NCBI RefSeq assembly: GCF_964355755.1 | Contig: NC_092680.1 | Coordinates: 15,199,045 to 15,263,044, forward strand | Length of the DNA stretch: 64,000 nt | Direction of reading: 5' to 3' | Source: Antedon mediterranea | Lineage: Eukaryota > Animalia > Echinodermata | Part shown: positions 50,501-60,711 of the stretch, piece after piece | How positions within the stretch are numbered: the stretch's first letter is position 1 | How the letters are laid out: each line of letters begins with the position of its first letter | The notes under the pieces: generated by a model | What the model was told of the DNA's origin: nothing | The model's database searches: none | Seen by the model: the letters and a program-made list of their open reading frames with translations, nothing else | Program-made: the position numbers and the translations under genes

Positions 50501-53500
50501 GATACTGTAGTCGTTCACTTTTCAGAATGTAGGAAATATTTGTGTAGTAACCAATAAGATCACTCATAGATTCGAACTGACGACCTCCAACATAGAAATC
50601 TCCACAAACTGCTGTGATTCTGTAAAACATAAAACATATTACTATAATACTGTAGTTTACTGTACACTTTAAATGTATGGAAAAGTATGGAAACATGGTA
50701 TACTGTGCCATCTGTGAATTTGTGTATTTTGAAAGATGAAATGAAAGTATTGTAGTCTGGTAAGAAAACTGTGGAATCTGTACAGTATAGGAATAACAAT
50801 ATAACACACCTTTGACATATATTATATCAAAAAATAAAACAAAGATTTTTATATTAAAAAATAGAATCATTGAAAAATTAGATGGCGTTAACATTGAGAC
50901 TTATCGCAGCACATGCATTCATGTGTGCAATTTAAAGTTTACTATAGGCACAGTGTAGCCCTATTATAGAAACTTAGTAATGATTAGGTTTGGCACCAGG
51001 CAGCCAAGGTTAGGGTTAGGTCTACTATGCCGATACAAAAGTTAACATGGTGGAATCTGTCAAGATAGTATTATAATTGACAATCCCTTTGCATACATGG
51101 CAACATATGAAGTTGAAAAAATGGGAGGTGTTTTTTTAGGTCAACAGCACCCTCTATCTGTTATTGAGAGGTAAGGGGTGCAGTGTGTGACGTCACAAGC
51201 GGTATTGCATGGTGGCTATGCGAGAGGAATCCTCTTTCTTTCCGTTGAGAAAAAAATCAAAACAATTACGATCGCAGACTGGTCGTACAATGGCTTAAAT
51301 ATTGTACATTTTTTTTACATTATTTTTTTTGATAATGCAAAAAACCATCAAAATTCAGAAAATGTGGAAAACTGAAAGCACCGGAAAACCGGCCAAAGTG
51401 TTGGCATGTACTGTATGACTTCAGCACGGTTGATAATCACATCTATTAACAGACATGTTTAATGTTACCGTCCTCTACACTGTATAACTAAATAAATAAA
51501 AAAAAACAACAAAATGCGACTAGATAATTAATATAGATTCACTCTTAATAGCACTACAGTACAGTACCAATCAAACATAATGGTTATTAATAAACTATCC
51601 CCCGCCGGACACCATTCCGGTATTTCTTAGTCGAGGTTTCGGGGATGTTATATGACCAAATAAGAATAAAATAAGCTACAGGCATGGAGGTATACCTCCA
51701 TGCTACAGGTAGGCCTTTCATTTTTTATTTTAAAAAAGCAGTATAATGAATTGAAAATTCACCAACATGCTTTTTATGAATAGCATAGCCCAGTTACTCT
51801 CGACACTAGTGACATTGACAATGACAAATGAAAATTTGCGATAAGCAAATTATTCCAAACACATTGCTTGAACAGTCATTTAAAAACAAGCAAGTCTGGA
51901 CAAGTCTCAAAATCACTGGACCATATTATTATAATTAAACTGTTTTGTTAGCTACTGTATAGTCAATATGAGACAAAACAGTCTTGAAAACAATAATATC
52001 TTTTAAACAGACAAAAATAAAAAAATTCCATTATGATTATCAATCACTCTAATTTTAAATTTACTATTTTTTTTACAATAGAATTTTGTGATTTAAAAAG
52101 TTAAAATCCACCATTTTTTATTTTCATAGAATTTTAGAAGAATTATTAAACAAAACGATAATTGTTATACTTAATGTTATACTATTAATGCTTATTAGGA
52201 TAAAATGGTATTAAAGTCTAGACTAAATATAATTCATGTACATCCAAAGAAGAGATCAAAGGGCTAAAAACAGCTGAGTGCCCATACTGTACATCAAGGT
52301 CATTAATAAGCTAATGATTTTTATCAATATTTAACGCAGGGGTTGTTTAGGGCAAAAATGTGTTTTAAAACCATAATTATTCTCCTAGAGTGTTACATTA
52401 TTCATTTCTTTATGATTAATGAGAGAATTCAAGAGGTGAATTTAAAATAAAGAGTAGTTGTCGAAAAATGTTAATAATATATTTTTAATACAACCATGTC
52501 ATTGCCGACTGGAGGCATTTCAATAATTTTAGTATACCATATTATCACAAATAGGAATTATTTATGATACCATAAACGTCAATTGATATTGTCCCCTTGC
52601 TTTCAATAGAAGAATGTCAACCTTTAATGTGTCCACACTATAAATAATAACTAACTATTATATAATAATACAATAGTGCTTAAATTGTTGTTTATTAATT
52701 ATTCGTTTATTGGTCACTGACAACTGACTAATAACCATTAAATCAGCTTCTGTGTGTGCATGAAGAATGTAATGATAAAATATGTTGTACACAGATGTGG
52801 GTTAGAAGTCAATACGGGTGTTAAAAAAGGGACTTTTTTATAGGATTTTTACTTCATCATAAGTTAAGTACAAAATAGATCAGAAAATAAAATTGTTTAA
52901 AGTATATTTTATTTCTTAAAGAAGTTTATTCTGAAATAGCATATAACCTCCACAGAGAGAGATGGGAAATTGAATTGTGTCAACGTCTTTTAGCTTGAGG
53001 CCTAATGGTTGGCGCCTGTGTGAAACATATTAGACTCCTAGATCAATACAACGGCTGTAATGCCTTCGATTATCACTGCTTTTCATTACGAATATCTGTC
53101 TATACAGTACAGTAGGCTGGTAAAATACTACTGAAGTTTACTACAGTATATGGTTCGTAACATTACAACTAAACATCATTATAAATAAACTGTGTTATCA
53201 ATATTTTAAACAAAATTGTTTTAAAAAATCTTTGTAATTTGTATATCAATTTTATACAGTACACTGACTGGTTCTGGCTGTCTTATTTTTTATTTAGCCT
53301 CAAAATGCTCAGGTTATGTTAAATATGTTTGAATTTATAAGTTTGTCCATCGGGACAGCCCTTTTTAAGTCAAATACTGTACTTTTCCAGTGTGAATACT
53401 TGGTTGGCGTGGGACCTCAGGCAACTGATTATGCAAGCACTGCCTCCATAGAAGTAGCTCATCCAGGCTGGCAATTGGCTACAGAATCCCATCACTTGAC

Positions 53501-56500
53501 ATGGTGATTATGAGTATGAAACTACATAATTTATGGCATGTAATCATTAGGCTTCATTCCATACTAATGATGTAAACATTTAAACTACAGTATTTACTGC
53601 TCACTTTCTAGTGTAATTCATGAATGTCAGTGAGTGAATTAATATCATGTGAAAAACACCAATATATAATTGGATTCATTAAAATAATTATTTCAAGGAC
53701 ATTCATCATAGTACATTTAAGTTTAGTATGTTAATTTTTACCCAGACAATATTCTAAAGAAAAACCACAAATATCTGTTTTGTTATGAATTTTATCATTA
53801 CACTACAGATATTATTTTATATAATTTTTAACTAGTATCTTGGACTAAACCAGCATAGCAACTACAAAGTGCAATAATAATTCAACATACTGTTACACTC
53901 CAACACACGGTGCTCCTTTACAGAATTAAATTACAACAGTATAAATTCATTTATTTTAAAGCTTAAAATATCAAAAAACAAAATTAATTAAAAGAAGATT
54001 TCATAATTATTCAATCATATTTTGTTGCATACACATCTTTAAAGGTTTTTTAAATTTGTCTAATTTTATGCAATTGTACAAAAGAAAACATAAATGTATT
54101 ATATTTTTTACTATAATAAATTATTACAATATTAAAATTGATTTGCTTGTTTTATAAGAATGGTAAGCTAGTTATTTTGATTTTATCATGTCAGGAAACA
54201 GGTGGTTTAAACATGTAATGATGGGGTCACAATAGAGTGTACAGGGTATTTTATGAATTCTGAAAACACATAAATTTAACACTTGAAGCAACAAAAAAAC
54301 AGATGCAAATGAAATTGATTCTCTTTCATATATCTTTTGCACTGAATTAATGATTTTAAAATATTGCCAGTACATAATTAAAATGTTGATATATCATTGT
54401 ATCAAGTAGACAGTTTAAAGATTGAGTATCAGTTGTATAGTAATGAAGACAAATATCTCTTACACTTACAGTACACATTGCCATGTATGATCATGTGAAA
54501 AATAAGGATCATTGTTAATGTATGTTACCTGTTGTGATTGGGTACTACTGTACTGTACCATCATACTAATACAGAGTACAGGTACTGTACAGTATACTGT
54601 ACTTTATCACCAAATCGGATTAATTAATTTGTTAAGCTTGGTTCCCACTAGAACGTAACGTAACGCACGGACGTAAACGCAACGCAAGCGTTTTAACCAA
54701 TGACAAGGGAAGTTATAGACAGTTAGCAATCACAAGCGAATAAGCCATCGCTTGTGATTGGTCAATTCACTTGCGTTGCGTTACATCCTTGTGTTGCGTC
54801 GCTAGTGGGAACCACGCTTTAGTGATGCCATGATGCAACATAAACACTGTAGTGTTTTGCTAACAAAAAAAACCATTTAAAAAAAATATTTGTTTGCTAC
54901 GTTTGAAAATTCAGCTTTTAAAATTACAATCTTATCAATAGAAATGGCAAAATACAAGAGAGTACTGGAAACAGATCTAGCGCGACATAGTTTTGATGAC
55001 GCATGGCCCACCTATGACAATCTATCAAACGCAAGCCTTCTCATTGGATGACAAAAACCTCCCCCGGACTATGCAGTGTACAATCGCCTGTAAAAATGGT
55101 TTTCACCCACAGAGCGAAAGCTGTAAACTTTCTCTAGGTTGTCTCTGGCTAACATTTTGTAGACAAGTCATGACTTTTTGCGCCTAACAAGCAAAAAGCG
55201 TGACGAGAAATCAAATTGCTGTGCAGAATATGAATAGCTGCCAGTGCTAAGCAGCAATTAATCAGTATGTTAAGGTTAATCAGTATGTTAAGGTTAAACA
55301 TTTAGTGATGGCCCTTCATGACAAAATATATTTCACATGTGTACACTAGTTACTGTTTTATTTCACTGACGTGAACTAATATGATTTGAATGTGTTTAAA
55401 AATCAATAAATAATCACAATCACCATGATGAAAGAAATGATAATTAAATTAGTAAACTTAGTATCCTAACTTACCTAAAATGATTAATTCCTTTCACTCC
55501 AAGGTAGGAGAGAACATAAGAACCGGGCTTCCTCTCACTCTCACGAACCAGATAAGCACCCATCTTGCCGCTATTCTGTAGCCGCATTTCAGCGGTAGCC
55601 CGATCAAGGCGTCCATGATACCATCTACAGAACAAAAATGTAAGTTTAGAAAAAATGATATCAAATTTTACTTTGTAAATCAGGAGAGTGCTAACTGCTA
55701 CCCTTAATTGTGTCACTATGGAAAGAGGAAGTTGTAATGACTATTTATAGTAAAAAAGATCAAAATTAAATATACTTTGACAACAGTTATAAATTTGCTC
55801 CAAATAGAGGTATCTTGTCCTTAATAACTGTATATAATACTTCAGGGTATGTACACTTTAAATAATTAACCTTTCTGTGTGTCATCCTTTAGCTATTCTT
55901 CCGACATCAATGTGATAAATGCCATTAAAAACAAGCAAATTGTCAAAATGAATTACTGTTATTTTTTCTAGATTTTTAAAATGTACCGTTGGTTACCTAT
56001 ATGTAGGTAACTTAAAGCCCCATTCCCTACGTTTTTTAGATCTAATTTAAGATCACAAACTATATTTAATGTAAAAATAATACTATATGGTCCTATTGCG
56101 ATAACTTTTTTCGTCTTTAAACGGTTAAAAATGTGAAAAATAAGTCGATTCTAATAATTATAGCGGCCCGCTATAAATCCCAAAATGCATTGCGCGCGGA
56201 TGGATATTTTTGTTTTTCACCTGTAATTCGCCCACTTTTCGATCGATCGTGAGGCCAAAACAAATGGAAGACTCCTAACTTTTCAGCGAAAATACCGGGT
56301 TTTCCCCAATTTGTATCAACGGAGTCTGGCAAAAATAGAAAGACAATTAATGCAGCAACTATACAACGTCAGGCTAGGTATATAGGTAGCGTACGATGTT
56401 CGTACGTTACCGATGTTTACCAGCTAGGCCTACAAAACTAAGCCTAGCTAGGCTAGGCCTAAGACCGTCCACGAGAGGTCGATCGCCGCGAGCTACTTAG

Positions 56501-59500
56501 GTAGTGCATTGTTTCTCACTTTTTATCATAATTTACCATAAAACGTACATTTAAGACAAGGAATGACATGGTTTAATGTTTTTAAAGTGATATATATGTA
56601 TTATTTTCCAAAAAACGTCCAAAATTGCAGGGAAGGGGTCTTTAAATAAAACTGGCTGTGGGCAAATCCACTATTAGCTAAACATCAATCAAACTATAAT
56701 TTAATCATCACAATAAAAACATTGTTATTTTAGATCAATAAAACAGTAAGTCTAACTCCAGAAATGGCTCATTTTGGTTTATTCAGTGTACTATATATAG
56801 TATAACGCGCTAAGTGTATTGATTGGGTAAACTATATTTACAATTAGGCTAAAGGGAAACTCAACATTTCTCTGATCTAAAGTGAATCCTTAATATTGAC
56901 TTAAGTGAAGCAGTATTTAATTTAAGTGAAAATCTTGATTAAAATCGTGATTGGTATAATCAGTTGTTACATTCCCACTTAATACAGTGGGGAAGGGAAA
57001 GAAAATGTAAAATCTTATCTACTAAGCAGAAAAAATCCTTAAATATTTATTTAAAAGGGAAATATATAATATTACAGATGCATTGTCCCCCAAAATCATG
57101 AAAAATAAAGATATAAAATCAGACTTTTACTTTTGTAAAAGATACCTAAAAAGAGCATGGAAATTTCGAAATGATTCACTGAATTCCATGACTCAATAAC
57201 TATGTTATTACATTGCTCTACATTAAGTAAATTGAAAAGGGGTGGGGGAGGGGGTTGGTGTGTTTCGTAATAACCTGTGTTTAGTCAGGTGATTTTATTT
57301 TATACACTTTTACTATATTTTGTTTTGTTTTGTATTCATTTGTGTTATATTGTTATTGTGAAGGATGCAGCTTTGTACTAAGTTTGCCACCGATCTAAAG
57401 GTGTAATTCCAAATAAATAAATAAATAAAAGGTCATTTTGCAGTTCAGTTCACGTATATAAAGACAAAATAAACCATTAAATTTAATCAAAACCCCATTG
57501 TCTGACAGACAATTTGACTATTTTTGCTTTAAATTTCAGATTTGTCTGGTAAATAATTTTATGCCGATCCAATTTTTGGTCAAAGCGAATAACTATTATG
57601 TGACATAAAAATGGCATATTCAACAACAAAAATATTAAAAAAAATATTTTTTTCGGGGGGACAATTATATCTTTAATTTTAAATATGATTGGAAAATACA
57701 GCCACTACCTGTATTAATGAACATTTAAAGTATTTCAGAGACATGTTTATGACTAAGATTCCGATTGTATGACCTTAGCTAACACATTGGGCAGGGAAAA
57801 ATTTCATTTTAAAATTTTGTTTAGCAATATTGCTAATCAAACTGATTTTTGAGTTGAGAAACATAGTTTTCTATCAAAATTTTTGCTACACAATTGTAGA
57901 TATGTGTAGCAAGAAGGCTGTTTTGTATAGCTTTTTGCTATGCTACACTGGCGAAATTATTCCCTGTTGGGGTTTCTTTAAAAGACACAAACGACATATG
58001 AGTTCATCTTATTGAAAAACGATTAAAACAAATTACAGTTCTACAGTAGTTTCTTTCCACAAGAAATTGATTTAAAGAATATTCTGTGTGGATGAGTCAG
58101 CCAGAGACATACAGTAAAAAACAAAAACAACAAATTGACACAAAGCTGAGAAACCAATTTTAAATTAAATTTTGAATGGAATCTTTAATAGATGTTTTCA
58201 GTGTTATTGTCAATTGATTGACCTAATAAATTTAAATAATCTCTAATTAATAAACCATCTAATAATGATAAAATAAGACATTGGATTGATTTCCATAATT
58301 ATTCGCAAACTCTCCTTTACTATACAATCGGAAAGGGAGCGTTTGATGGTCTACAACTGTACTGGGACATGCCAATTTATATACTTTTGTAATAATAAAT
58401 AATAATAAACAGTATTTATATAGCGCCTAATGGATCACTGACCCCTCTAGGTGCTTTACATAGGACTTTAACTAATGGTAATAAACTATCCCCCGCCGGA
58501 CACCATTCAAGTATTTCTTAGTCGAGGTTTCGGGGATGGAGACAATAATGTGAAAAAAAAAAAATGTAACTAAGCTTAACTATGCTTAACTAAGGTAAAA
58601 CTATCCCCCGGCGGACACCATCCCGGTATTTCTGAGTCAAGGTTTCGGGGCAAGAATTAAGAATAGAGAGTAAATGTACAATATTTTTGTATCATACAAT
58701 CTTGCTCTACAGGCCTTCAAGAACTTCAGGGCTTTTAATACAAACATTATCAGCAGTGAATACAGACTTAGTTTCTCTTTGGCACGAATAATAATGACTA
58801 TTGATTTCAAGGCAAGAATGACCTCAAAATTAATCTTTAAGCTGCAATAGGCTGTAAGTGTAATAATTTAAAAAACAAAATCATAGTGTTTGTAAAAATC
58901 CCAACTAATGCATTAATTTAAATATGTTTTTTTGCTATTGTTGTTCAACATCAATGTCCACAAAGTTTGTAGTGTCATAGTGGTCAAAATCTAAACTTCT
59001 TTTTTCTCTTTTTATCATAATTAACCATCATAGAATATACAGTAAAACAACAAAAATAATATTTAAATGTATTATTTTTACATGATATGTTATTTTATTG
59101 GATGATAAATTAAAATAAATTATTTTATAAGAACACTTATTAATTAGTGTTTCTTAAACAACATTAAAATCATTATTTAAAGAAGTTTTATTTAAAAAGT
59201 TTTCAAATTTAAAATTTTGTAAAAAAAAATATTGTATTGTACTTTCTTTGTGTAAAATTGTGAATTACAAACAGGAAGAGGAATTCTATTCAATAAATAT
59301 CCGCATTAATGACATGTTTTATCAAAACACAATAATTGACACTTCAATGGAATGTGTACAATACAGTAGTGTACTTTATAATGAAAAAAAAAAGATATCA
59401 TATTATCCTCTTTTGTTAAAATTTATATTCAAAATTCATACTGTATAATTATAATAATATTTAAAAACTCGATGAGAAAAGATACCCTGTAATAATTACA

Positions 59501-60484
59501 GTAATTGTTGAAATATTAATATACTTGATAAACGACTGAGAATATCCAAGTCAGAAAAAAACACCCATGCCAAAAATATTATATTCTCATTATAAATTAG
59601 TTTACTGACTTTAAACTTTAATATTCAAAATCAGCCCATCGTGATTTTACTACATACATTTCTAACTGAAAATCATTTAAATGGTTAGGTTTAAAATTAA
59701 GTTCAGGTAACCTGTAAAGGCTTTAATAGTACAACCAAGGCAATCTAACAACAGGACACTGAGCTTGCCTTGCCTTGCCAAGATATGAACTTGTAACAGT
59801 CCTTTGATCATATATGGCTGCGACTACATATTCTCCATGGCGCGCAGTGTCTCGTTGACGTTAGGGGAATGGAACTGATCGTGTTGCAGCCACAGATAAT
59901 AAACGCTTTGATCTCAGCATCATTGTTAGATTGCTGTAGTACAAATAGGGAAAAAAAGGCTTGCATGATTATAATAAGCACATCATTCAATATATTCTTG
60001 TTTAAAGTAAGTTCGTAGACATAAACACAGCAGCAGTCCAGACATGTGATGTTCTGGAGTTAATTGTTTTTATTAGCATGCATCATAATATATTGTAATT
60101 AGACATACACAACGCAATACAACTACAATTATAGCTAAACTGGGAATCTTTATTAGGCCTACACCACCAACAAAGATGTTGACTTGGGTATTATTATAAC
60201 CTAGGCCCATGTGTGGTATTGTTTTGGAAGTTTACCCCCCGACAATATTGGAGCGTAGGAGGTGAAGATGATAATACTCACTCGTTCTCGGGAGGAGCTT
60301 GCAGATTCGCATCAACATATTCGTCCGGTTGATCATTGTTCCCATCAAATGGATCAAATTCTTCTTGTTGGATTCCTACTAGCTGGTCAATATCTTCAAT
60401 ACTGCTACCACTGGTGGCCAACAGCCGACTCCGCGCATCGTCATTGCTCTGCGGAGCTAGCGTCGCTGCCATCGTCGCAGCCAT
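35579..60484 (-). CDS. RASA1: Ras GTPase-activating protein 1 (p120 RasGAP; SH2-SH3-SH2-PH-C2-RasGAP), 22 coding exons, ~945 aa
   Basis: Exons (high to low): 60484-60282, 55624-55475, 50619-50484, 49760-49690, 49114-48997, 46612-46581, 45704-45652, 44735-44588, 44063-43985, 43452-43317, 42365-42283, 41703-41545, 41181-40952, 40469-40220, 40007-39848, 39182-39040, 38351-38236, 37907-37821, 37734-37667, 36964-36870, 36450-36247, 35695-35579. These sum to 2838 nt with GT-AG junctions. Motifs: WYHGRLDR, YLVRESERKPGSYVLS, AILPYTKVPDTDELSF, WFHG, HESLFGRPNCFQIVV, TTLFRANTLAT, GFIFLRLICPAILNP, KAIQNLAN, EPYM. Confidence 0.95.
36247..36450 (-). CDS. RASA1: RASA1 exon 21 (end of GAP domain)
   Basis: EPYMEALNPFIVLNKGRMVHFLNELA...DLARQLAALHQIC. 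Confidence 0.92.
37103..37485 (+). mobile_element. tRNA-derived SINE with a Deu/Nin-like central domain and A-rich tail
   Basis: A box TGGCCGAGCGG and B box GGTTCGAGGC. Central ggataaggactataaaccgtaggtcc...aaagaacc...gagtagggggttaccccggtg. (AAAT)n tail. A second copy lies at ~63500-63720 on the minus strand. Confidence 0.8.
40567..40823. mobile_element. TACCGTA-ended MITE (Tc1/mariner/pogo-like); short derivative at ~48839-48933
   Basis: taccgtatatc...gatatacggta inverted termini. The segment gggattagacctgaagtgggattata is shared with 48890-48915. Confidence 0.6.
42000..42122 (-). mobile_element. Degenerate tRNA-derived SINE head (different family)
   Basis: Minus strand shows TGGCTTGGTGG (A box) and GGTTCAAGTCC (B box), but no complete cloverleaf. 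Confidence 0.5.
42389..43016. repeat. 59-bp minisatellite (~8 copies) interrupted by a MITE fragment at ~42730-42893
   Basis: Unit attaacaaataggtaatgttatgtgtggaggtgtagctttagccttgatttaaatacac. Confidence 0.88.
43036..43285. mobile_element. Two adjacent copies of the Harbinger-like MITE
   Basis: gcttggttcccact...gtgagatccaagct taa agcttggatctcact...tagtggaaaccaagct. Confidence 0.65.
46052..46432. repeat. 24-bp minisatellite (~14 near-perfect copies plus degenerate leading units)
   Basis: Unit GGGACGTCCCAGCCAGAATTAGAT, in RASA1 intron 6. Confidence 0.93.
48290..48339. other. 36-bp CATGGAG hairpin with 7-bp TSD ATCTAAC (putative P-element footprint)
   Basis: atctaac|catggagctataaaatt ct aattttatagctccatg|atctaac. 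Confidence 0.72.
49938..50112 (+). mobile_element. 175-bp MITE with CAGGGAA...TTCCCTG termini and 5-bp TSD TTCAT (hAT-like)
   Basis: ttcat|cagggaataatttcgcc...aaatttttccctg|ttcat. Confidence 0.85.
51676..51709. other. 20-bp CATGGAG hairpin with 7-bp TSD CTACAGG (putative P-element footprint)
   Basis: ctacagg|catggaggtatacctccatg|ctacagg. Confidence 0.65.
54634..54820. mobile_element. Harbinger-like MITE copy
   Basis: taagcttggttcccactagaacg...gctagtgggaaccacgcttta. Confidence 0.72.
55475..55624 (-). CDS. RASA1: RASA1 exon 2 (N-terminal SH2)
   Basis: WYHGRLDRATAEMRLQNSGKMGAYLVRESERKPGSYVLSYLGVKGINHFR. Confidence 0.93.
56016..56641 (+). mobile_element. Non-autonomous TTAA-inserting TIR element (Kolobok-like), 626 bp
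   Basis: ttaa|agccccattccct...agggaaggggtct|ttaa; near-identical to 62336-62949. Confidence 0.8.
57076..57672. mobile_element. Longer or interrupted copy of the AGATG-ended TTAA element
   Basis: agatgcattgtcccccaaaatcatgaaaa...ggggggacaattatatctttaa; internal sequence is similar to 33954-34294. Confidence 0.6.
57792..57966 (-). mobile_element. 175-bp MITE of the same family, 5-bp TSD TTGGG
   Basis: ttggg|cagggaaaaatttc...gcgaaattattccctg|ttggg. Confidence 0.85.
60282..60484 (-). CDS. RASA1: RASA1 coding exon 1
   Basis: MAATMAATLAPQ...LQAPPEN, then GTGAGT donor; joins in frame to the WYHGRLDR exon. Confidence 0.85.
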
Positions 60485-60711
60485 ACTTTCTGAAATTAAC
60501 TTCGCCCCACCTTCCTCCTCCTAGTAGTGTGAATGGATCATGGGAATAGCCTCTTGACCTGACCTGAGAGTTCACACGCTGTGTGTTTGTGACACATGTG
60601 TTGTGTTGTTGTGTCGGCGGCGCTCGTTGTAATCGAAAAATACATTAATTTCTGTAAACATTCTGTGCTATAAATTTACTACATTAGTGTTAAATTTCTC
60701 AAAACAAAACA
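60485..60711. promoter_or_regulatory. Putative bidirectional promoter / 5' UTRs between RASA1 and SRFBP1
   Basis: Divergent start codons lie only 227 bp apart, with a locally CpG-rich patch (gtcggcggcgctcg). Confidence 0.6.
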
